From: an uncultured Eubacteriales bacterium
GTDB lineage: Bacteria > Bacillota > Clostridia > Saccharofermentanales > UBA5734
Assembly (NCBI GenBank): GCA_903835065.1
Contig: CAILLO010000077.1
Location: forward strand, 127,149-191,148
DNA length: 64,000 nt
Reading direction: 5' to 3'
Of the stretch, positions 8,841 through 18,555 are shown one piece after another. The translations under genes and the position numbers were made by a program. The stretch's first letter is position 1, and each line of letters starts with the position of its first letter. The notes below the pieces were generated by a model, which saw only the letters and a program-made list of their open reading frames with translations, did no database searches and was not told where the DNA came from.

Positions 8841-11575
8841 GCGACGGCGCCCGGCCCCGCAGCGACTTCCGGATCTTCTTGATGCCGATCCGGACCTTCC
8901 GCCGGAGCACGTGCGGCACGATGGCCTTCTTCATCTCCAGCAGCGAGACGCCTTGGCCGTCGTACCGGCGGACCAGCGAGATCGCGTCGAAGCGGCACTG
9001 CGTCGTGCACTGGCCGCACCCCACGCAAAGGAACTCGTCCACGACGGTCGCGCCGCAGCCGAGGCAGCGCTCCGTCTCCTTGCGGACCTGTTCCTCGGTC
9101 AGGGTGCCGCGGTCGTCGCGGAACGCGCCGTCCGGTGCCTTGTGGGCCGGTCGCTGGCGCGGCGCGCGGTCGTAGCCGTCCAGCAGGAGCGCCGTCCTGT
9201 CGAGCGCCCGGTAGTCGCGGCGGTCGCGTCCGAGCACGAGGCTCTGTCCGGGTTGCACGAAGCGGTGGATCGAGATCGCGGCCTGCTTGCCCGCCGCGAT
9301 CGCGTCGATGGCGAAGCGGGGACCCGTGAGCGCGTCGCCGCCCGCGAACACGTCCGGTTCGGCCGTCTGGTACGTGAACGGGTCGGCCTTCACGGTGCCG
9401 TTCCGTTGGAGTTCGATCCGGGAGCCGGCCGCCAGCTCTCCCCATTCGACCGTCTGGCCGATGGCGAGCAGCACCCGGTCCGCGTCCAGGTCCAGAATCT
9501 CCGCCTCGTCGAACGCGGGGGCGAACCGGTGGTCCGCGTCGAACACGGACGTGCACCGGCGGAACCGGACGCCCTTCACGCGCCCGCCCTCGACGAGGAT
9601 GCGGGCGGGGCCCCAGCGGTGGAACACCCGGATGCCCTCCTGTTCCGCCTCCAGGACCTCCTCCGGCGAAGCGGGCATCTCCTCCGCGCTCTCGAGGCAG
9701 ACCATGACGGCCTCCGTCGCCCCGGTCCGCGCCGCGGTGCGCGCGACGTCGACGGCGACGTTGCCGCCGCCGATGACGACCACCCTGCCCTGCAGCGCGA
9801 CCGATCCGCCCAGGTTCACGCGCCGGACGAAATCGATGCCGGACAGCACGCCTTCCGCGTCCTCTCCGTCCACGCCGAGGCTTCGCCCGCCCTGCGCGCC
9901 GATGGCGAGGTAGGTCGCCACGTATCCGGAGGCACGCAGGTCCGCGAGGGTCACGTCCCGCCCGACCTCGACGCCGGTCCGGAATTCGATGCCCAGCTCC
10001 CGCAGCACGTCGATCTCCGCCTCCATGACGTCCTTCTCGAGACGGAACGAGGGGATCCCGAAGGCCAGCATCCCGCCGGGCTTCGGCAGTTTCTCGAACA
10101 CCGTCACCCGGTATCCGTCCACGGCGAGATAATAGGCGCACGACAGACCGGCCGGGCCGGCGCCGACGACGGCGATCCGCTTCCCGTAGTCGTGCCGCTT
10201 CGCAGGTATGTAACGGGTCGCACGGTTCATGTCCTGCTCGGCGATGAATCTCTTCACATCGTCGATGGCGATCGGTTCGTCGACGTCGCCGCGGGTGCAC
10301 GCGGACTCGCACCGCCGGTTGCAGATGCGGCCGCAGACGGCCGGGAACGGATTCTCGCGCTTGATCGTCTCGAGCGCATCGGCGTAGCGCCCCTGCGCGG
10401 CCAGCTTGAGGTAGCCCTGCACGGCGATGTGGGCAGGGCATTCCGTTTTGCAGGGTGCGGTTCCCGACGCCACGACGTTGCGTCGGTTCGTGCGGTAGTC
10501 CGGGTTCCAGCGGTCCGGCGTCCAGTCGGTGTCACGCGGCGTGTCCTCGCGGACGATGCGCTCCGGCGGAGGTTCGGCCCCGCAGACCTTCTGGCCCAGC
10601 TGCAGCGCGTTGACCGGGCAGTTCTCGACGCACGCCCCGCAGGCGACGCACTTTTCGCGGTCGACCCGGGAGACGTAGTTGGAGCGGACCATGTCGACGT
10701 TGAGGTACATCTCCGCCGTCCGCATCGAGAAGCAGCCGCACCCGCAGCAGTTGCAGATCGCGTGGGTCGTGCCGTTCCCGTCGAGGTTGGGGATCTCGTG
10801 CATCAGGCCGTTCTCCTCGGCCCGGCGGAGGATCGCGTAGACCTCGTCCTTCGTGACCGCGCGGCCGCGGCCGGTCCGGACGTAGTACTCCGCGGCGTGC
10901 CCCATCTGGATGCACATGTCCTCCTTGAGGTGCCCGCAGCCTTCGCCCATGATCTCGCGCGCCGTCCGGCACGAGCAGTTCGACACCGAGAAGGCGTCGT
11001 GCTCCTCGATGTGCTTCGACAGCTCCTCGTACGATGCGCGGCGGCTGGTCCCGTCGATGGCCCGCTCGATGGGGATCACGCGCATCAGGCCGATTCCGAC
11101 CGGCGTCATGCCGACCGTCATCGAGCCCCGCACCCGACCGTACGCCTCGAACGCCTCGGCGATCTGGGGGAACCGCTTCGCGTTGGTCGGGTGGTTGACC
11201 ATCATTTCCATGATGCCCGGCACCCAGGTGTCGTACCAGAAGGTGTCCACCCCGTCGATCTCGTTCACGAAGCAGACGCCCCGCGTCCGCGAGCTCCAGC
11301 AGCAGCCGCCGGCATTCCTCCTCCGGGCGTCCGGTGCGGGCGGCGACGGTCGCGGCGGTCCCCTTCTCCCGGATCGCGAGGGCCATGCAGGCCGCGGCCA
11401 TGTCGTCCGACACGACCGGCTCCAGGATCCGGTACTCCGGCGCGTCGTAGTCGTACGCGTCCTTCGCGCCCGGCTTCTTCCGCCCGATGTGGTTCGCCAG
11501 GGCCAGGACCGCCGGCCTGCCCGCGCAGGTCTCCGCTCCGTCGATCCCGCTCCGTGCCGTCGTCCCGTCCATCAT
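8833..11575 (-). CDS. Large Fe-S / FAD pyridine nucleotide-disulfide oxidoreductase (GltD-like core), apparent +1 frameshift at the C4 run 11279-11282
   Basis: N-terminus ...LLLELADAG joins VCFVNEIDGVD if one base is removed; CSCR, ICNCCGCGC, CVACGACVENCP, APCKTECPAH, CGRICNRRCESAC, GAGPAG, GGGNVA, FAGGD, CVGCGQCTTQC. Confidence 0.85.
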
Positions 11576-11582
11576 TCGCTCC

Positions 11583-12254
11583 TCACCCTTCCCGGAAGGC
11601 GCGGACTTCCCGCCGCAGCCAGCCGATCCATTCGTCCAGACCCTCGCCCGTGCGGGCGCTGACGGCCATCACCGCGGCGCAGGGATTCAGCCGGCGCACC
11701 CGCTCGCGCACCGCTTCCATGTCGAAGTCGAAATACGGCAGGACGTCGGTCTTCCCGATCAGCACGGCGTCGCAGACGCTGAACATCAACGGGTACTTGA
11801 GCGGCTTGTCGTCCCCCTCGGGCACCGAAAGGATCATCGCGTTGCGGGCGGCGCCCGTGTCGAATTCGGCGGGGCAGACCAGGTTCCCCACGTTCTCGAG
11901 GATCGCGAGGTCGAGTCCGTCCAGCCCTAGGCCGTCCAGCCCCTGGCGGGTCATCCCGGCATCCAGGTGGCACATGCCGCCCGTGTGCAGCTGGACCACC
12001 CGCACGCCCGTCTCCCGGACCGCCCGGGCATCCACGTCCGAATCGATGTCGGCCTCGAGGACGCCGATCGCGAACTCGTCCTTCAGGCGTTCGATCGTGG
12101 CCTTCAGCAGGGTCGTCTTGCCCGCGCCGGGCGACGACATCAGGTTGAGGAGGAACACGCCCCTCTCCTTCAATTCCCCGCGCAGCCGGTCCGCCTCGCG
12201 ACCGTTGTCCTCGTACACGCTCCGCTGGATCTCGAGAATCCGGAATCCGTCCAT
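11583..12254 (-). CDS. hypB: Nickel incorporation GTPase HypB
   Basis: SSPGAGKTTL, CHLDA, ENVGNLVCPAEFDTG, EGDDKPLKYP. Confidence 0.92.
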   Translation of the reverse strand: MDGFRILEIQRSVYEDNGREADRLRGELKERGVFLLNLMSSPGAGKTTLLKATIERLKDEFAIGVLEADIDSDVDARAVRETGVRVVQLHTGGMCHLDAGMTRQGLDGLGLDGLDLAILENVGNLVCPAEFDTGAARNAMILSVPEGDDKPLKYPLMFSVCDAVLIGKTDVLPYFDFDMEAVRERVRRLNPCAAVMAVSARTGEGLDEWIGWLRREVRAFREG

Positions 12255-12266
12255 CCGGGCCGCCTC

Positions 12267-13250
12267 CTATTCCGCCAGCTGGCGGATCTTCCGGCTCGCC
12301 GGAAGGTCGGCGTAGAGCTCCGACAGATACGGATTGCGGCGGGTCCTGCGGATCCGGAGGACCATGTAGGCCGCCACGGCGACGTTGGCCGCCAGCGCGA
12401 GGAAGGAGACGACGAAGTACACCGTGGGGTCGTACGTCGAGTCGACGCGGAACCGTCCGGCATCCTGGAACATCGGGAAGGTCTGCGCGAACATGCACCA
12501 GAGGGCCAGCGTCTGCGCCCGGTGCTGCAGCCAGGCGCCCTTGCCGACCGTGAACGCGCACAGGGTGGGCGCGATCAGCAGCGCGACGCCGCAGTACCAG
12601 GAGTGGTTCGGCAGGCAGTTGTAGGTGTAGGCGAAGTTCCACAGGTCGTACGCGATGATCCAGAACCAGAGCATGTCCGGCCAGAGCATGTCGCGGCTGC
12701 CGTCCTTCTTCGTGGCCTTGCGGACGCAGATGCCGAACCAGCCCGTGATCGTGACGATGTTCAGGATGCCGGCGGCTGCGTTCATGAAGTTCCACGGTCC
12801 GCCCATCAGCAGGACGGCGGAATCGGCGGACTTGTCCATCCCGGCGATCGCGTACTGGACCCCGACCTCGATGTCGCGGGCGCAGGCCTCGAGGATGTTG
12901 ACCGCGAGGATCAGCGGCGGGAAGCAGAGGGCGATCCGGCTGTCCGAGAGGCGCCAGAACGTGCCGTCCCGCCTCGTGCCGTGCAGGTGCCGGATGAGCC
13001 AGAATCCGATACAGCCGGCCGTGGAGGAGTAGACCTTGGCCAGGTGGAACCAGTCGGTATACGTGCGGTCCGAAAGGACCGTGAACCAGAGAGCCGACAG
13101 CACGACCGGAAGCACGACGAACAAGGCGAATCCCACCCACTTGAAGCGCCGCGCGACCTCGTTGAAGGCGAACAGCGCCGACAGGACGCAGAGCCAGACC
13201 AGCAACGACGAGACGACGGTCGCACCTTCGGCGAAATTGAACGTGAACAT
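12267..13250 (-). CDS. DUF5692 family polytopic membrane protein
   Basis: WFHLAKVYS, GGPWNFMN, DMLWPDMLWFWIIAYDLWNFAYTYNC, WLQHRAQTLA; multiple TM segments. Confidence 0.75.
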   Translation of the reverse strand: MFTFNFAEGATVVSSLLVWLCVLSALFAFNEVARRFKWVGFALFVVLPVVLSALWFTVLSDRTYTDWFHLAKVYSSTAGCIGFWLIRHLHGTRRDGTFWRLSDSRIALCFPPLILAVNILEACARDIEVGVQYAIAGMDKSADSAVLLMGGPWNFMNAAAGILNIVTITGWFGICVRKATKKDGSRDMLWPDMLWFWIIAYDLWNFAYTYNCLPNHSWYCGVALLIAPTLCAFTVGKGAWLQHRAQTLALWCMFAQTFPMFQDAGRFRVDSTYDPTVYFVVSFLALAANVAVAAYMVLRIRRTRRNPYLSELYADLPASRKIRQLAE

Positions 13251-13306
13251 CTTTCCCCCTCCAGTTCCTGCGGTCTCCGGCCCACCACCGGATTCGCGGT
13301 CGAATG

Positions 13307-13471
13307 TGGTCCTACCAGTTCGATTCGAGCTCCGGTTCGATTCTAGTCCCGGGTCTTGTGCGTGTCAATGAAATCACTTCGAATGCTTAATAAAGGCGCT
13401 TTTAAGCATGTCGTCTTGCGAGATTCCATCGTCCAGTGGTAGAATCCCTATCGTGGTATCTGGTTGAACCA
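13307..13471. promoter_or_regulatory. Two FadR/GntR-type operator boxes (TGGT-N3-ACCA) in the divergent intergenic region
   Basis: TGGTCCTACCA at 13307-13317 and TGGTTGAACCA at 13461-13471, next to a FadR-subfamily gene. Confidence 0.65.
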
Positions 13472-13496
13472 ATAACAGTTCCCATGGAGGTGCCTC

Positions 13497-14201
13497 ATGG
13501 AATTCTCCCGGCTCAGCGCCCCGACCCTGAAGGAACTCTTCGTCAAGCAGCTCGAATCCATGATCCTCTCGGGCCGGCTGCCGGTGGGCACCCGTCTTCC
13601 GCCCGAGCGGGACCTGGCGGACTCCATGCAGGTCAGCCGCGCCGTCGTCAATTCGGGCGTCGTCGAACTGGCGCGCAAGGGCTTCCTCACGATCAGGCCC
13701 CGCAGCGGCACGTTCGTCGCGGACTACCGCCGCTTCGGGACAATGGAGACCTTCATCTCCATCGTGTCGTACAACGGTGGCATGCTGGGGCGCGACGAGA
13801 TCCGGTCCGTCCTCGAGCTGCGGCGCGCGCTCGACACGCTGGCGATCGAGCTCTGCGCCACTCGGATCACGGACGAGGAGATCGGGCGCCTCCGCACCGC
13901 CGTCGATGCGGTCGGCCGGGCGAAGGACGCGGAGGAGGCCGTGGATCAAGCCTTCTCGTTCCAGCACCAGCTCGCCCTCTACTCCGGGAACACGCTGATC
14001 CCGGTGATCTTCAGTTCCTTCAAGTCGTTGACCCGGACGCTCTGGCTGCGCTTCTGCGCCCTCTACGGCATCGCGGCGCTGCACGGGAACACCGGCCGCC
14101 TCTGCGCGTTCCTGGAGGACCGGGATTTCGCAGGCGCGGTCCGCTGCCTCGACGAGACGCTGCGGGACAGCATCGAAGGCGAACGACAGATCTACTACTG
14201 A
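13497..14201 (+). CDS. GntR family (FadR subfamily) transcriptional regulator
   Basis: ILSGRLPVGTRLPPERDLADSMQVSRAVV wHTH and an FCD-like C-terminus; GGAGG RBS. Confidence 0.9.
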   Translation: MEFSRLSAPTLKELFVKQLESMILSGRLPVGTRLPPERDLADSMQVSRAVVNSGVVELARKGFLTIRPRSGTFVADYRRFGTMETFISIVSYNGGMLGRDEIRSVLELRRALDTLAIELCATRITDEEIGRLRTAVDAVGRAKDAEEAVDQAFSFQHQLALYSGNTLIPVIFSSFKSLTRTLWLRFCALYGIAALHGNTGRLCAFLEDRDFAGAVRCLDETLRDSIEGERQIYY

Positions 14202-14329
14202 CGGAAGGTGCGCCGGGGGCGCCGTAAGCTTCAACGGACCGTATCGCGCCGTTCTCGACGCTCCCCCGCTGTCTGCTCCCGCAGCCAGCGTCCGCGTTGA
14301 ACGCGCTGTAGGAACTGGTGCGCCAGGGC

Positions 14330-14358
14330 TTTACAGAACATATGTTCGGGTTTATAAT
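14330..14358 (+). promoter_or_regulatory. Sigma-A promoter with a LexA (SOS/Cheo) box in the spacer
   Basis: TTTACA (14330-14335), 17-nt spacer, TATAAT (14353-14358); GAAC-ATAT-GTTC at 14336-14347 upstream of dinB. Confidence 0.88.
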
Positions 14359-14450
14359 GAGGACGTAGAGCCAGTGGATTCAACGAGAGAAGGCCGCGTC
14401 CCGCAGTCCCCCTGCGAGCGAGCGGCTTTCCGCATCGAGGAGGGGCTTTC

Positions 14451-15764
14451 ATGGCGACCGATGCGTCTTCGCTCGACCTGTTCCAGAGGACCGGCGCCCC
14501 GTCCGGCCCGCCGGCCTCCGACCGCGCGATCCTGCACTGCGACCTGAACAACTTCTACGCCTCGGTCGAGTGCCTCTACCGGCCCGAGCTCCGCGACAAG
14601 CCCGTCGTGGTCTGCGGGAACCCCGAGAAGCGGCACGGGATCGTGCTGGCCAAGAACATGCTGGCCAAGCGCTGCGGGATCAAGACCGGCGAGGCGATCT
14701 GGCAGGCCCAGTCCAAGTGCCCCACGCTGGTGCTCGTGAAGCCCGACTTCACGAAGTACCTCGAGTTCTCCCGCCTCGCCCGCTCCGTCTACGAGGACTA
14801 CACGGACAAGATCGAGCCCTACGGGATCGACGAGTGCTGGCTGGACGTCTCCGGCAGCGTCCGCCTGCTCGGCGGCGCGGAGTCCCTCGCGGACCGGATC
14901 CGCGAGCGGATCCGGTCCGAGCTCGGCGTGACCGTCTCCGTGGGCGTCTCCTGGAACAAGGTCTTCGCCAAGCTCGGCAGCGACCTGAAGAAGCCGGACG
15001 CCACGACCGCGATCACCCGCGAGAACTTCCACGAGAAGGTCTGGCCCCTGCCCGTCGAGGAGCTCCTGTTCGTCGGGCGCAGCACCTCCGCGAAACTCCA
15101 CGGCATCGGGATCGACACGATCGGCCGCCTGGCGCGCCTCGAGCCCGCCTTCCTGCGCGGCTTCCTGGGCAAATGGGGCGAGTACCTCTGGTACTTCGCG
15201 AACGGATACGACGCGGCCCCCGTCGAGCGCGCCGGCGTCGAGGTGCCCGTCAAGGGCGTCGGGAACAGCATGACGACCCCGCGCGATATCCTGACCGAAG
15301 AAGACGCCCGGATCGTCTTCCAGGTCCTCGCCGAGAGCGTCGCCGAGCGCCTGCGCGACCACGGCATGCGCGGCCGCACGGTCCAGATCTACGTGCGCGA
15401 CACGGGGCTGTTCTCGATCGACCGCCAGCTGCAGCTCCCCTCCCCGACCTTCCTCTCCACGGAGATCTGCGCGGCGTCGATGCGCCTCCTGCTGGAGAGC
15501 TGGACGCCGGGCAAGTCCCTCCGTTCCCTCGGCGTCCGGGTGACCGGCCTCACGCTTCCCGGCCTGCCGCTCCAGCTCTCCTTCCTGGAGCAGGAGGCCG
15601 CCCGCAGCCGCCTCGAGAATCTCGAAGGCACGATCGACGACCTGCGTCGCCGCTTCGGGCACTACTCCGTCCAGCGCGCCCTGCTGCTCAAGGACCGCGG
15701 ACTCAATGCCAACCCGATCGAGGAGAACATCATCTACCCATGCGCAAGGTATTCCTCCACGTGA
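14451..15764 (+). CDS. dinB: Y-family DNA polymerase IV
   Basis: ILHCDLNNFYASVE, YGIDECWLD, AKLGSDLKKPD, QLSF clamp-binding motif. Confidence 0.92.
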   Translation: MATDASSLDLFQRTGAPSGPPASDRAILHCDLNNFYASVECLYRPELRDKPVVVCGNPEKRHGIVLAKNMLAKRCGIKTGEAIWQAQSKCPTLVLVKPDFTKYLEFSRLARSVYEDYTDKIEPYGIDECWLDVSGSVRLLGGAESLADRIRERIRSELGVTVSVGVSWNKVFAKLGSDLKKPDATTAITRENFHEKVWPLPVEELLFVGRSTSAKLHGIGIDTIGRLARLEPAFLRGFLGKWGEYLWYFANGYDAAPVERAGVEVPVKGVGNSMTTPRDILTEEDARIVFQVLAESVAERLRDHGMRGRTVQIYVRDTGLFSIDRQLQLPSPTFLSTEICAASMRLLLESWTPGKSLRSLGVRVTGLTLPGLPLQLSFLEQEAARSRLENLEGTIDDLRRRFGHYSVQRALLLKDRGLNANPIEENIIYPCARYSST

Positions 15765-15973
15765 ACTGCGAGTTCGAACCGGACGGCGAGGTCCGCCCGG
15801 TGAACTTCCTCTGGGAGGACGGCCGACGCTACGACGTCGATCGAATCCTCGACCGGCGGCGCACCGTGAGCTTCAAGGTCGGCGGACAGGGCATCTGCTA
15901 CACCTGCCGGGTGCTCGACCGCACGCTCCGGCTGTTCCGCGAGGGCGACCGGTGGTACCTGGAGGCGCCGTAG
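15740..15973 (+). CDS. Small hypothetical protein (77 aa) overlapping the 3' end of dinB
   Basis: MRKVFLHVNCEFEPDGEVRPVNFLWEDGRRYDVDRILD...GGQGICYTC...WYLEAP; protein-like composition and genome-typical codon use. Confidence 0.7.
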   Translation: MRKVFLHVNCEFEPDGEVRPVNFLWEDGRRYDVDRILDRRRTVSFKVGGQGICYTCRVLDRTLRLFREGDRWYLEAP

Positions 15974-16011
15974 GGCGAGGCCCGGCGAGCCTCGGCACGG
16001 TGCACGCACGG

Positions 16012-16037
16012 AAAAGGGCGCCCCCTCGGGGCGCCCT
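16012..16037 (-). terminator. Rho-independent terminator downstream of glgP
   Basis: AGGGCGCCCC-GAG-GGGGCGCCCT-TTTC on the minus strand. Confidence 0.65.
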
Positions 16038-16067
16038 CCGCGTCGTCCGGAAGGGGAAGTCTCCGCG

Positions 16068-18464
16068 TCAGTCAAGGAAGTGCGCGGGCGTCCGCTCGAT
16101 CTCCCAGATCTCCGAGGCGTAGTCGGCGATGGTGCGGTCCGAGCTGAAGCGGCCGGACGCACAGATGTTGCGCCAGCACATGGCGGCCCAGCCCAGGCGG
16201 TCCTTGTAGGCGACCGCGGCCTGGTCGTGGACCTTCCGGTAGTCCTCGAAATCGCCGAGCACGTAGTACACGTCGGCCGGCTGCCAGTTGACGCCGTAGA
16301 GCAGCGACGCCTGGAGTTCGTGGAACATGCCCGTGCCGCCGTCGTCCAGCGTCCCGTCGGTCAGGGCGTCCACGGCGCGCTGAAGGCCCGGGACGTTGTG
16401 GTACTGCCACTTCGGGTCGTACACGGAGCGGATGCCGGGGAAGTGCTCGACGCGGGCGCCGAACACGAAGACGTTCTTCTCCCCGACGGCCTCGACGATC
16501 TCGACGTTCGCGCCGTCGAAGGTGCCGAGGGTCAGGGCGCCGTTCATCATGAACTTCATGTTGCTCGTGCCCGAGGCCTCGGTGCCGGCCGTCGAGATCT
16601 GCTCGGACAGGTCGGCCGCGGGAATGATCCGGGCGGCGGCGCTGACGTTGTAGTCGTGGATGAACAGGACCTTGATGCGGCCGCGCACGTCGGGGTCGCC
16701 ATCGACCAGCCGGGCGATCTCGTTGATGAACTTGATCGTCGCCTTGGCGCGGAAGTATCCGGGCGCGGCCTTGCCGCCGAAGAGGAACGTGCGGGGGACG
16801 AAGTCGGCCTTGGGGTCCGCCTTCAGACGGAAGTAGAGGTCGAGGATGTAGAGCGCGTTGAGCAGCTGGCGCTTGTACTCGTGCATGCGCTTGACCTGGA
16901 TGTCGAAGATCGAGTCGGGGTCGACGACGACGCCCTCGCGGGCGAGGAGGAACTCGGCCAGGCGCTTCTTCTGGACCACCTTGACGGCCAGGAGCTCCTT
17001 GAGGACCTTCTTGTCGGTCGCGTGGACGGCCAGAACGGACAGCCGGTCGAGGTCGCGCACCCACTCGTCGCTGCCGGCGAGGCGGGTCAGCAACGCGGAC
17101 AGCTCGGGGTTGCACACGCGCAGCCAGCGACGGGGGGTCACGCCGTTGGTCTTGTTGTTGAAGCGCTCCGGGAAGACGCCGTACCAATCCTGCAGCGTCT
17201 GCTCCTTGAGAATCCGGGTGTGGATCGCGGCGACGCCGTTGACCGAACGCGAGGCGTAGATCGCGAGCCAGGCCATGCGGATGCGGCCGTCACCGATCGG
17301 GGCCATGCGCGCGATCCGGTCCTGCGGCAGCCCGCGGGCGGTCATGTCGGCGCGGAACCGGGCGTCGACCTGCTCCACCATGGCGTAGACGTCGGGCAGC
17401 AGGACGCAGAAGAGGTTGATGTCCCAGCTTTCGAGCGCCTCGGCCATGATCGTGTGGTTGGTGTAGGCGAAGATCGCGTTGGCCATGCGGAAGGCCTCCG
17501 CGAAATCCAGTCCGCAGTCCTCGGTCATGATCCGCAGGAATTCGGGGATCGCGACGACCGGGTGCGTATCGTTGAGCTGGATGCGGTTGTACTTCTCGAA
17601 GCCCGCCACGGAGCCGTCGTGGGCGTCGCGGTACTTCCGGACGAGGTCGCGCAGGGTCGCGGCGGTGAAGAAGTACTGCTGGCGCAGGCGGAGCAGTTTG
17701 CCTTCGTGCGTCGAGTCGTTCGGGTAGATCACGCGGCCGATGTCGCTGATCCGGTTGCGCTGCAGGATCGCGTCGTCGTAGCGCTGCGCGTTGAAGAGCA
17801 CGAAGTCGAAATCCTGGAGGGGTTCTGGTCTCCACAGGCGCAGCGTGTTGACGTTGCGGGTGCCGTAGCCCGTGATCGGCATGTCGTGGGGGACCGCCCA
17901 GAGCGATACGTCGGGGAACTCGACCAGCACCTTCTCCTCGTCGCGGCGGATCAGCCAGGGGTAGCCCTTCTCAAGCCAGGGGTCTGGGGTCTCCTTCTGG
18001 AAGCCGTCGACGATCGTCTGCTTGAAGAGGCCGTAGCGGTAGAGGATCCCGTACCCGGTCACGGGCAGGTCGCGCGTGGCGGAGGAATCGAGGAAGCAGG
18101 CGGCAAGACGGCCGAGGCCGCCGTTGCCGAGCGCGGCGTCGGTTTCGGCCTCCTCGATCGCGGAGAGGTCCTGACCGAGTTCGGCGAGGGCCGTCTTCGC
18201 CTCGTCGTAGAGGCCGAGGTTCACGAGGTTGTTGACCAGCGCGCGCCCCTCGAGGAATTCGGCGGACAGGTAGTGCGCCTGACGCGTGGTGGCATACGAT
18301 TCCCTCGTCTTCTGCCAGTCCTCCCCGATCCGGGCCATCACGGCGCGGGACAGGGCCATCCAGTATTCGAACGGCGTCGCTTCGGCCGGACCCCGTCCCG
18401 CCTCGGCGGTGAGAAAGAGCCGGATATCCGCGCTGAGCGCCTTGCTACGGTCCATGGACATCAT
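16068..18464 (-). CDS. glgP: Glycogen/maltodextrin phosphorylase
   Basis: LGNGGLGRLAACFLDS, QLNDTHP, KRMHEYKRQ, EASGTSNMK PLP motif; exact start among ATGs at 18455-18464. Confidence 0.95.
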   Translation of the reverse strand: MMSMDRSKALSADIRLFLTAEAGRGPAEATPFEYWMALSRAVMARIGEDWQKTRESYATTRQAHYLSAEFLEGRALVNNLVNLGLYDEAKTALAELGQDLSAIEEAETDAALGNGGLGRLAACFLDSSATRDLPVTGYGILYRYGLFKQTIVDGFQKETPDPWLEKGYPWLIRRDEEKVLVEFPDVSLWAVPHDMPITGYGTRNVNTLRLWRPEPLQDFDFVLFNAQRYDDAILQRNRISDIGRVIYPNDSTHEGKLLRLRQQYFFTAATLRDLVRKYRDAHDGSVAGFEKYNRIQLNDTHPVVAIPEFLRIMTEDCGLDFAEAFRMANAIFAYTNHTIMAEALESWDINLFCVLLPDVYAMVEQVDARFRADMTARGLPQDRIARMAPIGDGRIRMAWLAIYASRSVNGVAAIHTRILKEQTLQDWYGVFPERFNNKTNGVTPRRWLRVCNPELSALLTRLAGSDEWVRDLDRLSVLAVHATDKKVLKELLAVKVVQKKRLAEFLLAREGVVVDPDSIFDIQVKRMHEYKRQLLNALYILDLYFRLKADPKADFVPRTFLFGGKAAPGYFRAKATIKFINEIARLVDGDPDVRGRIKVLFIHDYNVSAAARIIPAADLSEQISTAGTEASGTSNMKFMMNGALTLGTFDGANVEIVEAVGEKNVFVFGARVEHFPGIRSVYDPKWQYHNVPGLQRAVDALTDGTLDDGGTGMFHELQASLLYGVNWQPADVYYVLGDFEDYRKVHDQAAVAYKDRLGWAAMCWRNICASGRFSSDRTIADYASEIWEIERTPAHFLD

Positions 18465-18555
18465 TCCTCCGTCGGCCCTGCCGGACCTCCCGCCGCACGC
18501 GAGCGCCCGACGGTGCAAGGTGCAGGGTAACGCAAACGCTTGCCGGGGTCAATCG

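Noticed and set aside
8499-12254. Calling this locus a hydrogenase operon
   Set aside because: No [NiFe] large or small subunit, no [FeFe] H-cluster motifs and no hypCDEF in the window.
8803-12315. 1170-aa plus-strand ORF and many other long overlapping ORFs (e.g. 16080-18530, 25557-28436, 40500-43115 beyond rpsT, 55485-57656)
   Set aside because: Antisense or off-frame shadows of real genes; stop codons are rare at this GC content, the translations are R/A/G/P-rich and contain no motifs.
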